DNA of 64,000 nt from an uncultured Christensenella sp. (GTDB taxonomy: Bacteria > Bacillota > Clostridia > Christensenellales > UBA3700). Positions 38,601 through 45,433 of the stretch are shown here, piece after piece. The notes under the pieces were generated by a model. The model did no database searches and was not told the origin of the DNA. It saw only the letters and a program-made list of their open reading frames with translations. The stretch is taken from positions 5,842 through 69,841 of the forward strand of contig CAJTVJ010000004.1 of the NCBI GenBank assembly GCA_910579785.1. The letters are read 5' to 3'. Made by a program: the position numbers and the translations under genes. Every line of letters starts with the position of its first letter. Position 1 is the first letter of the stretch.

Positions 38601-40261
38601 TTGAAGAAAATAAGTGCGATTTTTATTGTCCATCGCACGCATTTGTCACGCGAAGCGTCAGCGCAAAGAACGTGGAAATAAACATTTTGATTGCAAAAGA
38701 TTATGAATTCTTGACAAAGTTCAAGTGGGAAAGTCTGAGTGAGAGTATTCTTGAACAATGTTGCAAATTCTCGCAAATAAACAATATTGAACTGTGTTCA
38801 AAAGATAAAGACCTTGATTTGCTTTTCAATAAATGGCTGGCTTATCAAGTTGTATCAAGCAGAATAAACGGTAGATGCGGATATTATCAGGCAGGCGGCG
38901 CGATAGGATTCAGAGACCAACTGCAAGATATGTTGACCATGCTCTATATAGATACAAATAAGGTGAGAGATCATATATTGCTGTGCGCAGAACATCAATA
39001 TTTAGAAGGCGACGTTCAACATTGGTGGCACGGAGATTGCTTTGGAGTGCGTACGCATATAAGCGACGATAAGTTGTTTTTGCCGTTTTTGACCTTTGCA
39101 TATATTGAATTTACAGGCGACAGCAATATACTGAACAGCGTTCAGAAGTATCTTGTTTCGCCTCAGCTGGAAAGCGGCGCGGAGAGCAGGTTGGAAAATC
39201 CAACTCGCAGCGAAATAGGAGAAAGCTTGCTCTCGCACGTCAAGAGAGCGATAGACTCTTCGCTTAAATACGGACAGCGCGGACTGTTGCTTATCGGCGG
39301 CGGAGATTGGAACGACGCACTCAACGAAATAGGTATGAGGGATAAGGGAGAGAGCGTCTGGCTGAGCATGTTTGCGCTATACGTGTTGAGAAAGTTTGTC
39401 AAGTACCTTGATTTCGACAGACGTCAGGAATATCTTGCGCATATCGAGAATTTGCAGCTGGCAATAGACAAGTGTTTTAAGGACGGATATTATGTCAGGG
39501 CTATCACAGACGAGGGAGAGGTACTTGGCAGTAAAGAATGTAAAAGCTTTACTCATGATATTCTTTGTCAAAGTTGGAGCGCGATAGCGTCTGTCTCAAC
39601 GCTTGCACATCAAAAGCAGGCTCTTCAAAGCGTCGCGCACCTTGTCGATACCAAAGCAGGGATAATAAAGCTGCTTGCGCCGTCGCAGACCAAAGACCGA
39701 TATTACGGCTATATATCGTCATACCCAAGGGGCGTGAGGGAGAACGGCGGACAGTATACCCATGCTTCCGCCTGGTATATAAAGGCGTTGGCTATGACGG
39801 ATACTAAGATAACTGTCGACGGTAAGGAGTACAGCGCGCACGATTTGTTGAGAATGATAAATCCAATATGCAAAAATTCTTGCGAATGCGGCATGAAAAT
39901 GTATAAGGGAGAGCCTTACGTGTTGGCTGGCGACGTATATTCTAATGAAGACAACTACGGCAGAATGGGTTGGAGCTGGTACAGCGGCTCGGCTAGTATC
40001 TTATATGATACGATAGTCAGAGACTTTATTGGTATAAAGATACAAGGCAGTATTATGTCTTTTGACCGACCGGCTTTGGATAATTGGCAGGGAATGAAGT
40101 TGACGTACAGGCGAAAGGGGAGCATATACAACATAACTTTTGACGAAGAAGATGAGCAGTACGTCGAAATCGAAGGTATCAAAATGAGGGGCGATTTGTC
40201 TGTGGCGCTCAAAGAAAATCAAGGAAGGTGCGACGTAAGAGTAGTCTTTTCTAAAAGCTAA
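32693..40261 (+). CDS. Cyclic beta-1,2-glucan synthase-like megaprotein (GT84 glycosyltransferase + glucoamylase-like cyclisation domain + GH94 phosphorylase-like modules), 2,522 aa
   Basis: GT84-like motifs: ERKRGA, LVLDEDN, LSHDIIEG, ENRWQRGD. Middle domain: FTSPTNIG, GHLYNWY, VSSVDSGN, SWSGTAFEYLMPQ, WGISES. GH94-like motifs: GFRDQLQD, EGDVQHWWH, GGGDWNDALN, GESVWL, GGQYTHASAW, EPYVLAGDVY. There are multiple TM helices around the GT domain. Confidence 0.85.
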   Translation: MLYAIIFALFVLLIIFILLSRRGSKGEDFSFSMNEKDFKDNIKRLAIGLRSGENVGVAPNINTYLRKIKKAYKITLAKAQSDQSLYEAEKWLYENYYAVTIDIKQSNYRNFSRLTHKKNNVRIIQLARFLVASNNCVLDKEYLKRGISLFNDFTPLHYEETLNLKSALDYALIEKLAGVCEQIYRIEKLKRHAQKDAEPVKRLCRYDAYLYFYKHFGKYLDEKYFYKINDINLDGIDVSFSNHLVDCSVMISNCITSVKALRDIFDDRFIIEQCSIYDIMAQDKTFADMDVCSQFAYLSAVSKLSLLYGASERSVAKAAMELGKRFKVHFGEIIFDYRYAIKAHLHSYAPQILQKPTTKPDQRLYASVIALLSIALTVLGVIFLPNWRYMVGVGCALIWAAIPLARFAVTLIIDSILPSRSVASMDYDTLPKEGATLTVKCEFITCAQQAEEACQRLIDLACSNMDGELEYSLLVDLKASSSQNDEKDLEIFEVFDKMSKYPYINIFVRKRMLIDGKWKAYERKRGATNALNKALITDNWQDFEYVLRKQRKPNFILVLDEDNELMPGGVKRAVNTMLHPLNGKYTLLTFQPRYKMSSLKTAWSQRYKLESGVDGYCNYGDFYYKISGQSIYCGKGIYRLDDYANKLEGKLPDNRVLSHDIIEGAIVSSGSLTLPTYEDAPTSFVSHVVRENRWQRGDILLMPYIFSNKTTQPFYRYVMAFNVIKTVLPLCQFILAALLMLTGNWIFLVPLAISFFGIYLIRFGLCLNALNYDKRHRYVVKEFLGEIGEMTYEFIMLPFFATECIMLWMRMIFKCIFDRKNLLEWKTFYSTQRGNSMSKHIQTVLPSCILSIVLGAVFFENIIFLIYMSLYIVVAFSIYYLGVKREKKIELSQDDEKFLQDLAANTLEYFNRNISEKTLICDNYQVFPKRGANSFTSPTNIGFALLSYVCAHKLGKISASEALKNLDGQLVIIEGLEKYKGHLYNWYSLATQKPLCPYFVSSVDSGNFIASLIVIKSFVKDLDEGIYKRVCTLIDGCDFDALFDSSRGKFYIGYNGEKNSFEGHYDMLASEARTLCYIASAKKGNTAYFNGLARNIVKLKGNTLVSWSGTAFEYLMPQLFLSDCNGSLLTKSCKNIVKIMQKSRCSNVWGISESCYFEFNDDNSYKYSAFGVSSISLNGGKDRCVISPYSTALALKYSPKKAIANLRRLKDMGMNTSMGMYDAIDFTNGTNIVATLMTHHQGMLLCGIVNTLYDDYIVKLFMSDSAMAGGKLMLEEKLPTTKSKKTKKFDAVYSEKNINGYCRSGDCEGFPIVNALTNGHYSAICNSNGGGYSFAKGKYINKFSSDIYDNKGAFFYISDGVETYSPTYAPYYKDKCSYKFLPYESVYVNSDRNCSMSVFVPVNMNCEVRKVTIVNNTDTVKKYTCAFCEELALNDFGGMTSHPAFNDMFVSTFVEERLSSLIAKRTSRSFLGDCYAALKVIGVDDLQYESNLGNFIGRERGFDNPIILDKNAKRDKFGRSVGDVLNPCLAFVGEISLAPSESKEIYCIVAYDSDLNALKSNLEQTNNVDFAKYAYESAKLTSFSKVYKYQLNEKISDLVCRLSTNIIYRPYDRDKLMEMSSDFHTSLPLALDRREKYIYYVYRNQDSALKNLIYSIIYMNMASVRCKLVVAYYADEEDNEDILKGFIDLTNIGDLLSLNCIRFLRLDGIDEGSLGVVINNAFIAVDRVAKKGEDLGDDFEEIALPKLENNTSKANKSVIYQTIEDGIVKKCGFGGFDSNGDYVVNEMPQLPYSNVICGEKGGFVTTHNGGGFDYFENSNLNRVTKFENNPIYDTPCEEVYIDVDGLQRVNKLNDKGYVKHSLGKSEFCGKVNDVNYCVEESVIKDGAAKVIKIRMSKNKDIVTSKVLFAVNAMLGDLPINQMIFDEQLDGNTIKITNAFNNQCAYVKCDVEIKLIPNKACFKGLGGEVGLEENKCDFYCPSHAFVTRSVSAKNVEINILIAKDYEFLTKFKWESLSESILEQCCKFSQINNIELCSKDKDLDLLFNKWLAYQVVSSRINGRCGYYQAGGAIGFRDQLQDMLTMLYIDTNKVRDHILLCAEHQYLEGDVQHWWHGDCFGVRTHISDDKLFLPFLTFAYIEFTGDSNILNSVQKYLVSPQLESGAESRLENPTRSEIGESLLSHVKRAIDSSLKYGQRGLLLIGGGDWNDALNEIGMRDKGESVWLSMFALYVLRKFVKYLDFDRRQEYLAHIENLQLAIDKCFKDGYYVRAITDEGEVLGSKECKSFTHDILCQSWSAIASVSTLAHQKQALQSVAHLVDTKAGIIKLLAPSQTKDRYYGYISSYPRGVRENGGQYTHASAWYIKALAMTDTKITVDGKEYSAHDLLRMINPICKNSCECGMKMYKGEPYVLAGDVYSNEDNYGRMGWSWYSGSASILYDTIVRDFIGIKIQGSIMSFDRPALDNWQGMKLTYRRKGSIYNITFDEEDEQYVEIEGIKMRGDLSVALKENQGRCDVRVVFSKS

Positions 40262-40266
40262 ATGAG

Positions 40267-40312
40267 TAAACTTGTCCTTTAAACGTGATTTATAGGGCAA
40301 GTTTATCTTTAA
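40267..40312 (+). terminator. Hairpin terminator after the megaprotein gene
   Basis: 11-bp stem taaacttgtcc/gggcaagttta (one G-T pair), 17-nt loop, then tcttt. Confidence 0.55.
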
Positions 40313-40384
40313 TTGCAAATTTAAACCGAGGAATTTAAAATGTAAACATATGATTATAAAATTTTGTAACTTTCAGATATTTGT

Positions 40385-40413
40385 TTGACTTAACGTCGAC
40401 GTTAATATATAAT
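40385..40413 (+). promoter_or_regulatory. Near-consensus sigma-A promoter ending 7 nt before the rarA ATG (leaderless layout)
   Basis: TTGACT-17 nt-TATAAT-atcaaat-ATG(40421), with no SD. Confidence 0.6.
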
Positions 40414-40420
40414 ATCAAAT

Positions 40421-41725
40421 ATGAATCTATTTGATATGATGCAGAAGGATAAAGCGCCGCTTGCGGAGAGAATGAGACCGACGTCTTTGGACGATTTTGT
40501 CGGTCAAAGCCACATAGTTGGGAAAAACAGTTTGCTCAGAAGAGCGATTTTGACGGATTCGCTGGGCAGTTGTATCTTCTACGGAGCTCCCGGGTGCGGC
40601 AAAACGACGCTTGCCAACATAATAGCAAACACGACAAAGTCAAATTTTGTCAAACTCAACGCGGTATCTTCGGGTATTGCGGATGCAAAGAGGGTGATAG
40701 AAGAGGCAAGATTGGAGAAGGAGAGATATGGAATAAAGACGTATCTTCTTCTTGACGAGTGCCATAGGTGGAATAAAGCTCAGTCGGACTGTATGTTGGA
40801 GGCAATAGAGAAGGGCGATATTGTCTTTATCGGGTCGACTACGGAAAATCCATTCGTGTCTATGACCAGAGCTATCGTGTCGAGGTGCAGGATTTTTGAG
40901 TTCAAACCTTTATCAAATGAGGATATAAAGAAGACGCTGCAAGCTGCGCTTGTTGACAAAGAAAAGGGGCTTGGAGAATACCGCGCCGATGTGAGCGACG
41001 AGGCTTTTGACCACTTCGTATGGGCGAGCGACGGAGATATGCGCAATGCTCTCAACGCTTTGGAACTTGCCGTAAAGAGTACCCAAGCAGACGAAAAAGG
41101 CGTGATATACGTCGATTTGTCTGTGGCGGAGCAGTCGTCTCAAAAGAAGTCTATGAGCATTGACGAGAGTATGTATTACGATATGCTTTCGGCATTTTGC
41201 AAGTCGTTGAGAGGCAGTGACAGCGACGCCGCGCTATATTGGGCAGAAAGACTAATTCAAGCTGGATGCGATCCGTTGTTGATATTGCGCAGACTCGTCG
41301 TACACAGCAGCGAAGACGTGGGTATGGCGGATCCGCAAGCTCTTGTGATAGCTACGTCAGCTTTGACGGCGTACAAGAATCTCGGACTTCCTGAGGGGAA
41401 AATACCTCTTTACAATGCTATAATATACGTCTGCGAAGCTCCCAAGTCAAACAGCGTAATAGTAGCTATGGGCGCAGTCCAAGAAGCTGTGGCAACAAGA
41501 AAAGACGACAAGGTGCCTCAATATCTTATGGATAAAAGTTATAAGGCGCAAAAAATAAACGGATATAAGTACCCCCACGACTTCGGCGGTTGGGTGGAGC
41601 AGCAGTATTTGCCGGATTCTCTTAAAGACGAAAAGTTCTATGTCCCATTGCAAAACGGCTTTGAAAGAAATCTTGTGCGCGCAAAGGTCATAAAGGCGGC
41701 AAAGGTAGATAATAAAAAATACTGA
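40421..41725 (+). CDS. rarA: Replication-associated recombination protein A (AAA+ ATPase RarA/MgsA)
   Basis: PLAERMRP, Walker A GAPGCGKTT, Walker B LLLDECHR, GSTTENP, and the C-terminal MgsA domain (YLMDKSY..GYKYPHDF). Confidence 0.93.
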   Translation: MNLFDMMQKDKAPLAERMRPTSLDDFVGQSHIVGKNSLLRRAILTDSLGSCIFYGAPGCGKTTLANIIANTTKSNFVKLNAVSSGIADAKRVIEEARLEKERYGIKTYLLLDECHRWNKAQSDCMLEAIEKGDIVFIGSTTENPFVSMTRAIVSRCRIFEFKPLSNEDIKKTLQAALVDKEKGLGEYRADVSDEAFDHFVWASDGDMRNALNALELAVKSTQADEKGVIYVDLSVAEQSSQKKSMSIDESMYYDMLSAFCKSLRGSDSDAALYWAERLIQAGCDPLLILRRLVVHSSEDVGMADPQALVIATSALTAYKNLGLPEGKIPLYNAIIYVCEAPKSNSVIVAMGAVQEAVATRKDDKVPQYLMDKSYKAQKINGYKYPHDFGGWVEQQYLPDSLKDEKFYVPLQNGFERNLVRAKVIKAAKVDNKKY

Positions 41726-41732
41726 TAAAGCT

Positions 41733-41762
41733 CGGGATGTCTCTATTCGTCCCGTTTTTTTG
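41733..41762 (+). terminator. Intrinsic terminator after rarA
   Basis: cgggatg-N8-cgtcccg followed by T7. Confidence 0.75.
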
Positions 41763-41805
41763 TAAAATCTACATAATATATGTAAAAAAATTACAAATAA
41801 TTTCA

Positions 41806-41834
41806 TTGACATCATAAGAGGTGCGGAATATACT
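41806..41834 (+). promoter_or_regulatory. Sigma-A promoter of the ABC transporter operon
   Basis: TTGACA-17 nt-TATACT. It lies inside the N-terminal extension of the listed ORF, which is why the start was moved to 41905. Confidence 0.6.
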
Positions 41835-41904
41835 TGAAATGATAGCAAAACTTGCGACGTTGACAAAACTTAGCCGACGTATTGTTTTGGAAAAAGAGGA
41901 AAAC

Positions 41905-42675
41905 ATGAACAACATTTTGACGATCACAAATTTGAGCAAAAAATACAAGGGCAACGAAAGATATTCCGTCAAAGATCTGAGCTTTGAGGTCAAAGAAGGA
42001 GAGTTGTTTGCATTCTTGGGGCCTAACGGCGCAGGCAAGAGTACTACTATTAAGTGTATCACGGGCGCTTTGCCTTACACTGAGGGGAATATCAAGATAT
42101 GCGGACACGATCTGCATGAAAATCCCATCGAGGCAAAGAGAAATATCGGATACGTTCCCGACAATCATTTTACTTATGATACTATGACTGCATTGGAATA
42201 TATCAACTTTATGTCAGATATATACGGAGTTGGAGTCAACGACAGAAAGTCGAGAGGTGATAAGTATTTGCAACTCTTTGGACTTGCCGACGTGTCAGGA
42301 AAACCGATAGGCAGTTATTCTCACGGTATGAAGCAAAAAATATGCGTCATAGGCGCGTTGATACACAATCCGAAGCTTTGGATATTGGACGAACCTTTGA
42401 CGGGGCTTGACCCGCAGAGCGCGTACAACCTCAAAGAACTTATGAGAGAGCATTGCAAAGAGGGCAACAGCGTGTTGTTTTCTTCGCACATCATAGAGGT
42501 CGTGGAAAAACTTTGCGACAGGCTGGCTATCATCGACAAGGGCAGTCTGCTTATCAGCGGATCTATGGATGAAATCAGAGCCAAAAACGACGACAATTCC
42601 CTTGAAGAGTTCTTCCTTTCCGTCACTCAGGGCGAAACTCTTGCAGAGGGCGAAAAAGAGGACTTTAAATTTTAG
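41905..42675 (+). CDS. ABC transporter ATP-binding protein (ABC-2/DrrA-like)
   Basis: Walker A GPNGAGKST, signature YSHGMKQK, Walker B LWILDEP, H-loop SSH. The start MNNILTITNL follows AGAGGA. Confidence 0.9.
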   Translation: MNNILTITNLSKKYKGNERYSVKDLSFEVKEGELFAFLGPNGAGKSTTIKCITGALPYTEGNIKICGHDLHENPIEAKRNIGYVPDNHFTYDTMTALEYINFMSDIYGVGVNDRKSRGDKYLQLFGLADVSGKPIGSYSHGMKQKICVIGALIHNPKLWILDEPLTGLDPQSAYNLKELMREHCKEGNSVLFSSHIIEVVEKLCDRLAIIDKGSLLISGSMDEIRAKNDDNSLEEFFLSVTQGETLAEGEKEDFKF

Positions 42676-42684
42676 AGGTGGGGT

Positions 42685-44379
42685 ATGAGCGCATTTTGGG
42701 CATTGACAAAACAGTTGATAAAAAATACCCTTAAACCTAATTTTAAGGATAAAAAAGAGAAAAATAAATATATAACTACGCTGGCGGTGCTGGCAGTATG
42801 TATTGGCATACCGTATATATTTATGCTTGTGAATATGTTCGGGCTTCTAAAAGCGTCGGCTGAGCTTGGATATCTGGCAGAGATACTTTCGATAGGATTT
42901 TTTGCAAGTCAGCTTTTGACGTTCGTCTTTGGACTATTTGCATATGTCAATATAATGTATTTCAGCAAAGACAATGAGTTTTTGTTTACGCTGCCGTTGA
43001 GGCCGGTGAGTATATTTTGGGCAAAATTTATTACGATTTTGCTGTATGAGTTGATATTTTCTGTCATCACAGTATTGCCTATGTCGATCGTTGCGATAAT
43101 TGCGACGGCTGGTATAGGTGCGTTTGAGATAGGCATAGTATTGATGATGTTGCCTGCTACGATACTGCTGCCGCTTATGGCGATATTGGTAATTGCGATA
43201 CTTTCATATCCGATAATGAAGATAATGCAGTATTTTAAAAAACGCCCGATAGTCGGCGCTGTATTTACTATAATTTTTGTTGCGGCTATATACATTGCGA
43301 TTTATCTGCCTATTTTATTGAATACGCCGCAGATAGACGCGCCAGATATCGACGGTAATCTAAGCGGCGAGATAAGCGGAGATGCAAACGGACAACTTGA
43401 CGTGACGGCTATTTATGCGACGTTGTTGCCGTCATTGGCAAACGTAGGCAAATATCTTTTCCATACCTATTTCCTAGCGCAGTCTATGCTTGCAGGAGGA
43501 GTCAAGGCTTTTGGCTATGCTATGGCGTTTATAGGAATAGTGCTTGCGCTTGCGGCAGTGGGCATGTTGCTTGCTATGTGGCAGTTCAAGCGCATATCTC
43601 AAAGCGTATACGAGGGCGACGGCAACGTCTCGAATAAGAAAAAACAAGGCGAAGTCAAACAGCGGTCAGTCAACGCCGCGCTTGTCAAAAAAGAGTTTTC
43701 CAGCATACTAAAACAAAGCAATATGCTTGTGCAGGCAGGTATGATGACGGTGCTTCCGCCTATACTCATTGCCTTCATAGGCAATATGCAAGCCAATATG
43801 ACAAATGCGTTTGTCGGCGTAGCCGTAGCAGAATTGATTACAAAGCTTATGCTCAGTTCCAATACGTCGAGCATACTTGCTGTGTCAAAGGACGGAGAAG
43901 GCGCGTTGATAGCAAAGACAATGCCTTTGAGCGGAAAGCAAATTGTCACGTCAAAGATTATTATGGGCTTTACTTTCTCGGCCATTACGGTGTTGCTCTC
44001 AACAATAGCGCTGTGTTTCACCAAAGGAATAAACGTCGTATCTGTACTCGGATTTTTTGTATCAAATATGATTTACGCATGGGCGGTCAATAGATTTTGC
44101 GTCTATCGAGATCTTAAAAATCCAAGAATACATTGGAAGAATATACAAGAGATAATAAAGAACAATTTTTCCAGCGTCATTCCTATGTTTTTGGCATTTA
44201 TCCCGGGAATATTGACAATGGGACCGTTGATGATATGTTCTTTGCTCTTGCAAATAAACGTCTATGCGATAGCGGCAATATGCAGCGCGATATCCATTGT
44301 TGTAAGCGTAGTTTATTATCTTATCATAATCGCGACGACGAGGGGAAACGTAGAAGAGTATTGGAGACGTATTGAATAA
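42685..44379 (+). CDS. Large multi-pass membrane protein, putative permease partner of the ABC ATPase
   Basis: 564 aa, roughly 12 or more hydrophobic helices, and a 9-nt gap after the ATPase gene. The family is not identified more precisely. Confidence 0.7.
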   Translation: MSAFWALTKQLIKNTLKPNFKDKKEKNKYITTLAVLAVCIGIPYIFMLVNMFGLLKASAELGYLAEILSIGFFASQLLTFVFGLFAYVNIMYFSKDNEFLFTLPLRPVSIFWAKFITILLYELIFSVITVLPMSIVAIIATAGIGAFEIGIVLMMLPATILLPLMAILVIAILSYPIMKIMQYFKKRPIVGAVFTIIFVAAIYIAIYLPILLNTPQIDAPDIDGNLSGEISGDANGQLDVTAIYATLLPSLANVGKYLFHTYFLAQSMLAGGVKAFGYAMAFIGIVLALAAVGMLLAMWQFKRISQSVYEGDGNVSNKKKQGEVKQRSVNAALVKKEFSSILKQSNMLVQAGMMTVLPPILIAFIGNMQANMTNAFVGVAVAELITKLMLSSNTSSILAVSKDGEGALIAKTMPLSGKQIVTSKIIMGFTFSAITVLLSTIALCFTKGINVVSVLGFFVSNMIYAWAVNRFCVYRDLKNPRIHWKNIQEIIKNNFSSVIPMFLAFIPGILTMGPLMICSLLLQINVYAIAAICSAISIVVSVVYYLIIIATTRGNVEEYWRRIE

Positions 44380-44422
44380 AAAATAGTTGACATCACATCT
44401 GTTAACATATAATAATATCAGT

Positions 44423-44493
44423 AGTCAGGCAGTTGAGCTTGTTGGGGAGTTGGACCCCAGGGACCTCAATTAGTTCCTGACTCTTTTATTTTA
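44423..44493 (+). terminator. Long compound hairpin plus U-tract after the ABC operon (terminator; alternatively a ~70-nt sRNA)
   Basis: Outer stem agtcagg/cctgact, middle ttgag/ctcaa, inner gggg/cccc, then tcttttatttt. Confidence 0.6.
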
Positions 44494-44561
44494 TGCGCGG
44501 GTTTGCTAAAATTAAGTTTATTGAATAATACGACGACAATTCAATATAGAAGTCAGTTGAG

Positions 44562-44590
44562 TTGACAAAATTTTATTGTTATGCGATAAT
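44562..44590 (+). promoter_or_regulatory. Sigma-A promoter ending 6 nt before the ruvX ATG (leaderless layout)
   Basis: TTGACA-17 nt-GATAAT-atcgtc-ATG(44597), with no SD. Confidence 0.6.
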
Positions 44591-44596
44591 ATCGTC

Positions 44597-45001
44597 ATGA
44601 AATATTTAGCTATTGATTTAGGCGACGTACGCACAGGTATTGCAATAAGCGAAAGCGGCATAATCGCCACCGGTATGGAGACGTATAAAAGGGTAGGTAT
44701 GCAAAAAGATCTGCAATATATAGCAGACATTGCAAACAGATATAACGTCGACGTGGTCGTATTTGGCTTGCCGCTCAATATGGACGGCACCGAGGGGGAG
44801 AGAGTGGAGAAGACTCGCGCCTTTGCAGACAAACTTCAACCTCTGATTAAAGCAAAGATAGATTATGAAGACGAAAGATTGACAAGCGTAGAGGCAGAGG
44901 GTTTTCTTTTGGAAAGCAATATGCGCAGAGACAAGAGAAAACAAGTGATAGACAAGCTTGCCGCTACGATAATTTTGCAATCATATTTGGATAGAAAGTA
45001 G
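44597..45001 (+). CDS. ruvX: Holliday-junction resolvase-like nuclease RuvX/YqgF
   Basis: MKYLAIDLGDVRTGIAIS, VVFGLPLNMDGTEG, DERLTSVEA, AATIILQSYLD. Confidence 0.9.
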   Translation: MKYLAIDLGDVRTGIAISESGIIATGMETYKRVGMQKDLQYIADIANRYNVDVVVFGLPLNMDGTEGERVEKTRAFADKLQPLIKAKIDYEDERLTSVEAEGFLLESNMRRDKRKQVIDKLAATIILQSYLDRK

Positions 45002-45025
45002 TTTACCATTCTTTTTAATTTGATG

Positions 45026-45177
45026 AGACCTCTCTGCTACGGTCGAGGTGACATAGCTTGCGTAAAGTTGCCGATTGTATGGGATATGTAATTTTGAGTA
45101 ATTCTCCTAAAATTAAATATCTTATGTAACAGCGGTATAATATATAGTAAAGTCATTTTAGTGGAACGGAGAAGTCT
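45026..45177 (-). repeat. Copy B of the dispersed hairpin element, inverted relative to copy A, with a longer interior
   Basis: Arm 45026-45052 (agacctctc..cggtcgaggtgac) matches the reverse complement of the copy A right arm. Arm 45152-45177 (gtcatttt..ggagaagtct) matches the reverse complement of the copy A left arm. Confidence 0.65.
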
Positions 45178-45232
45178 AAACGAGTTATTTCAAAAGGATG
45201 AGATATCTAGACTACGCCCGATATGACCAGAT

Positions 45233-45412
45233 ATGGCTTATAGAGGAAATGACGTACACTCGACTGTGAATTATAATTTTGTCGCGCCTAAAAATGCAAG
45301 TTTTGACGTAAAGTTGACATACGATATGACGTCTAATAAAGAAAATAATAATATCACGACCGACGTACATTTCTTGTGTGAAGAATTGACGGTGCAAGTT
45401 TACAATATTTGA
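45233..45412 (+). CDS. Candidate 59-aa ORF (below the ORF-track cutoff), weakly supported
   Basis: MAYRGNDVHSTVNYNFVAPKNASFDVKLTYDMTSNKENNNITTDVHFLCEELTVQVYNI. It is followed 22 nt later by a strong terminator, but there is no convincing SD. Confidence 0.2.
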   Translation: MAYRGNDVHSTVNYNFVAPKNASFDVKLTYDMTSNKENNNITTDVHFLCEELTVQVYNI

Positions 45413-45433
45413 TTTAAGTCAAATAAAAATATG

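Noticed and set aside
45212-45397. 61-aa - strand ORF in the ruvX-yebC spacer.
   Set aside because: No SD, a hydrophobic junk-like sequence, and opposite in direction to the only terminator in the spacer.
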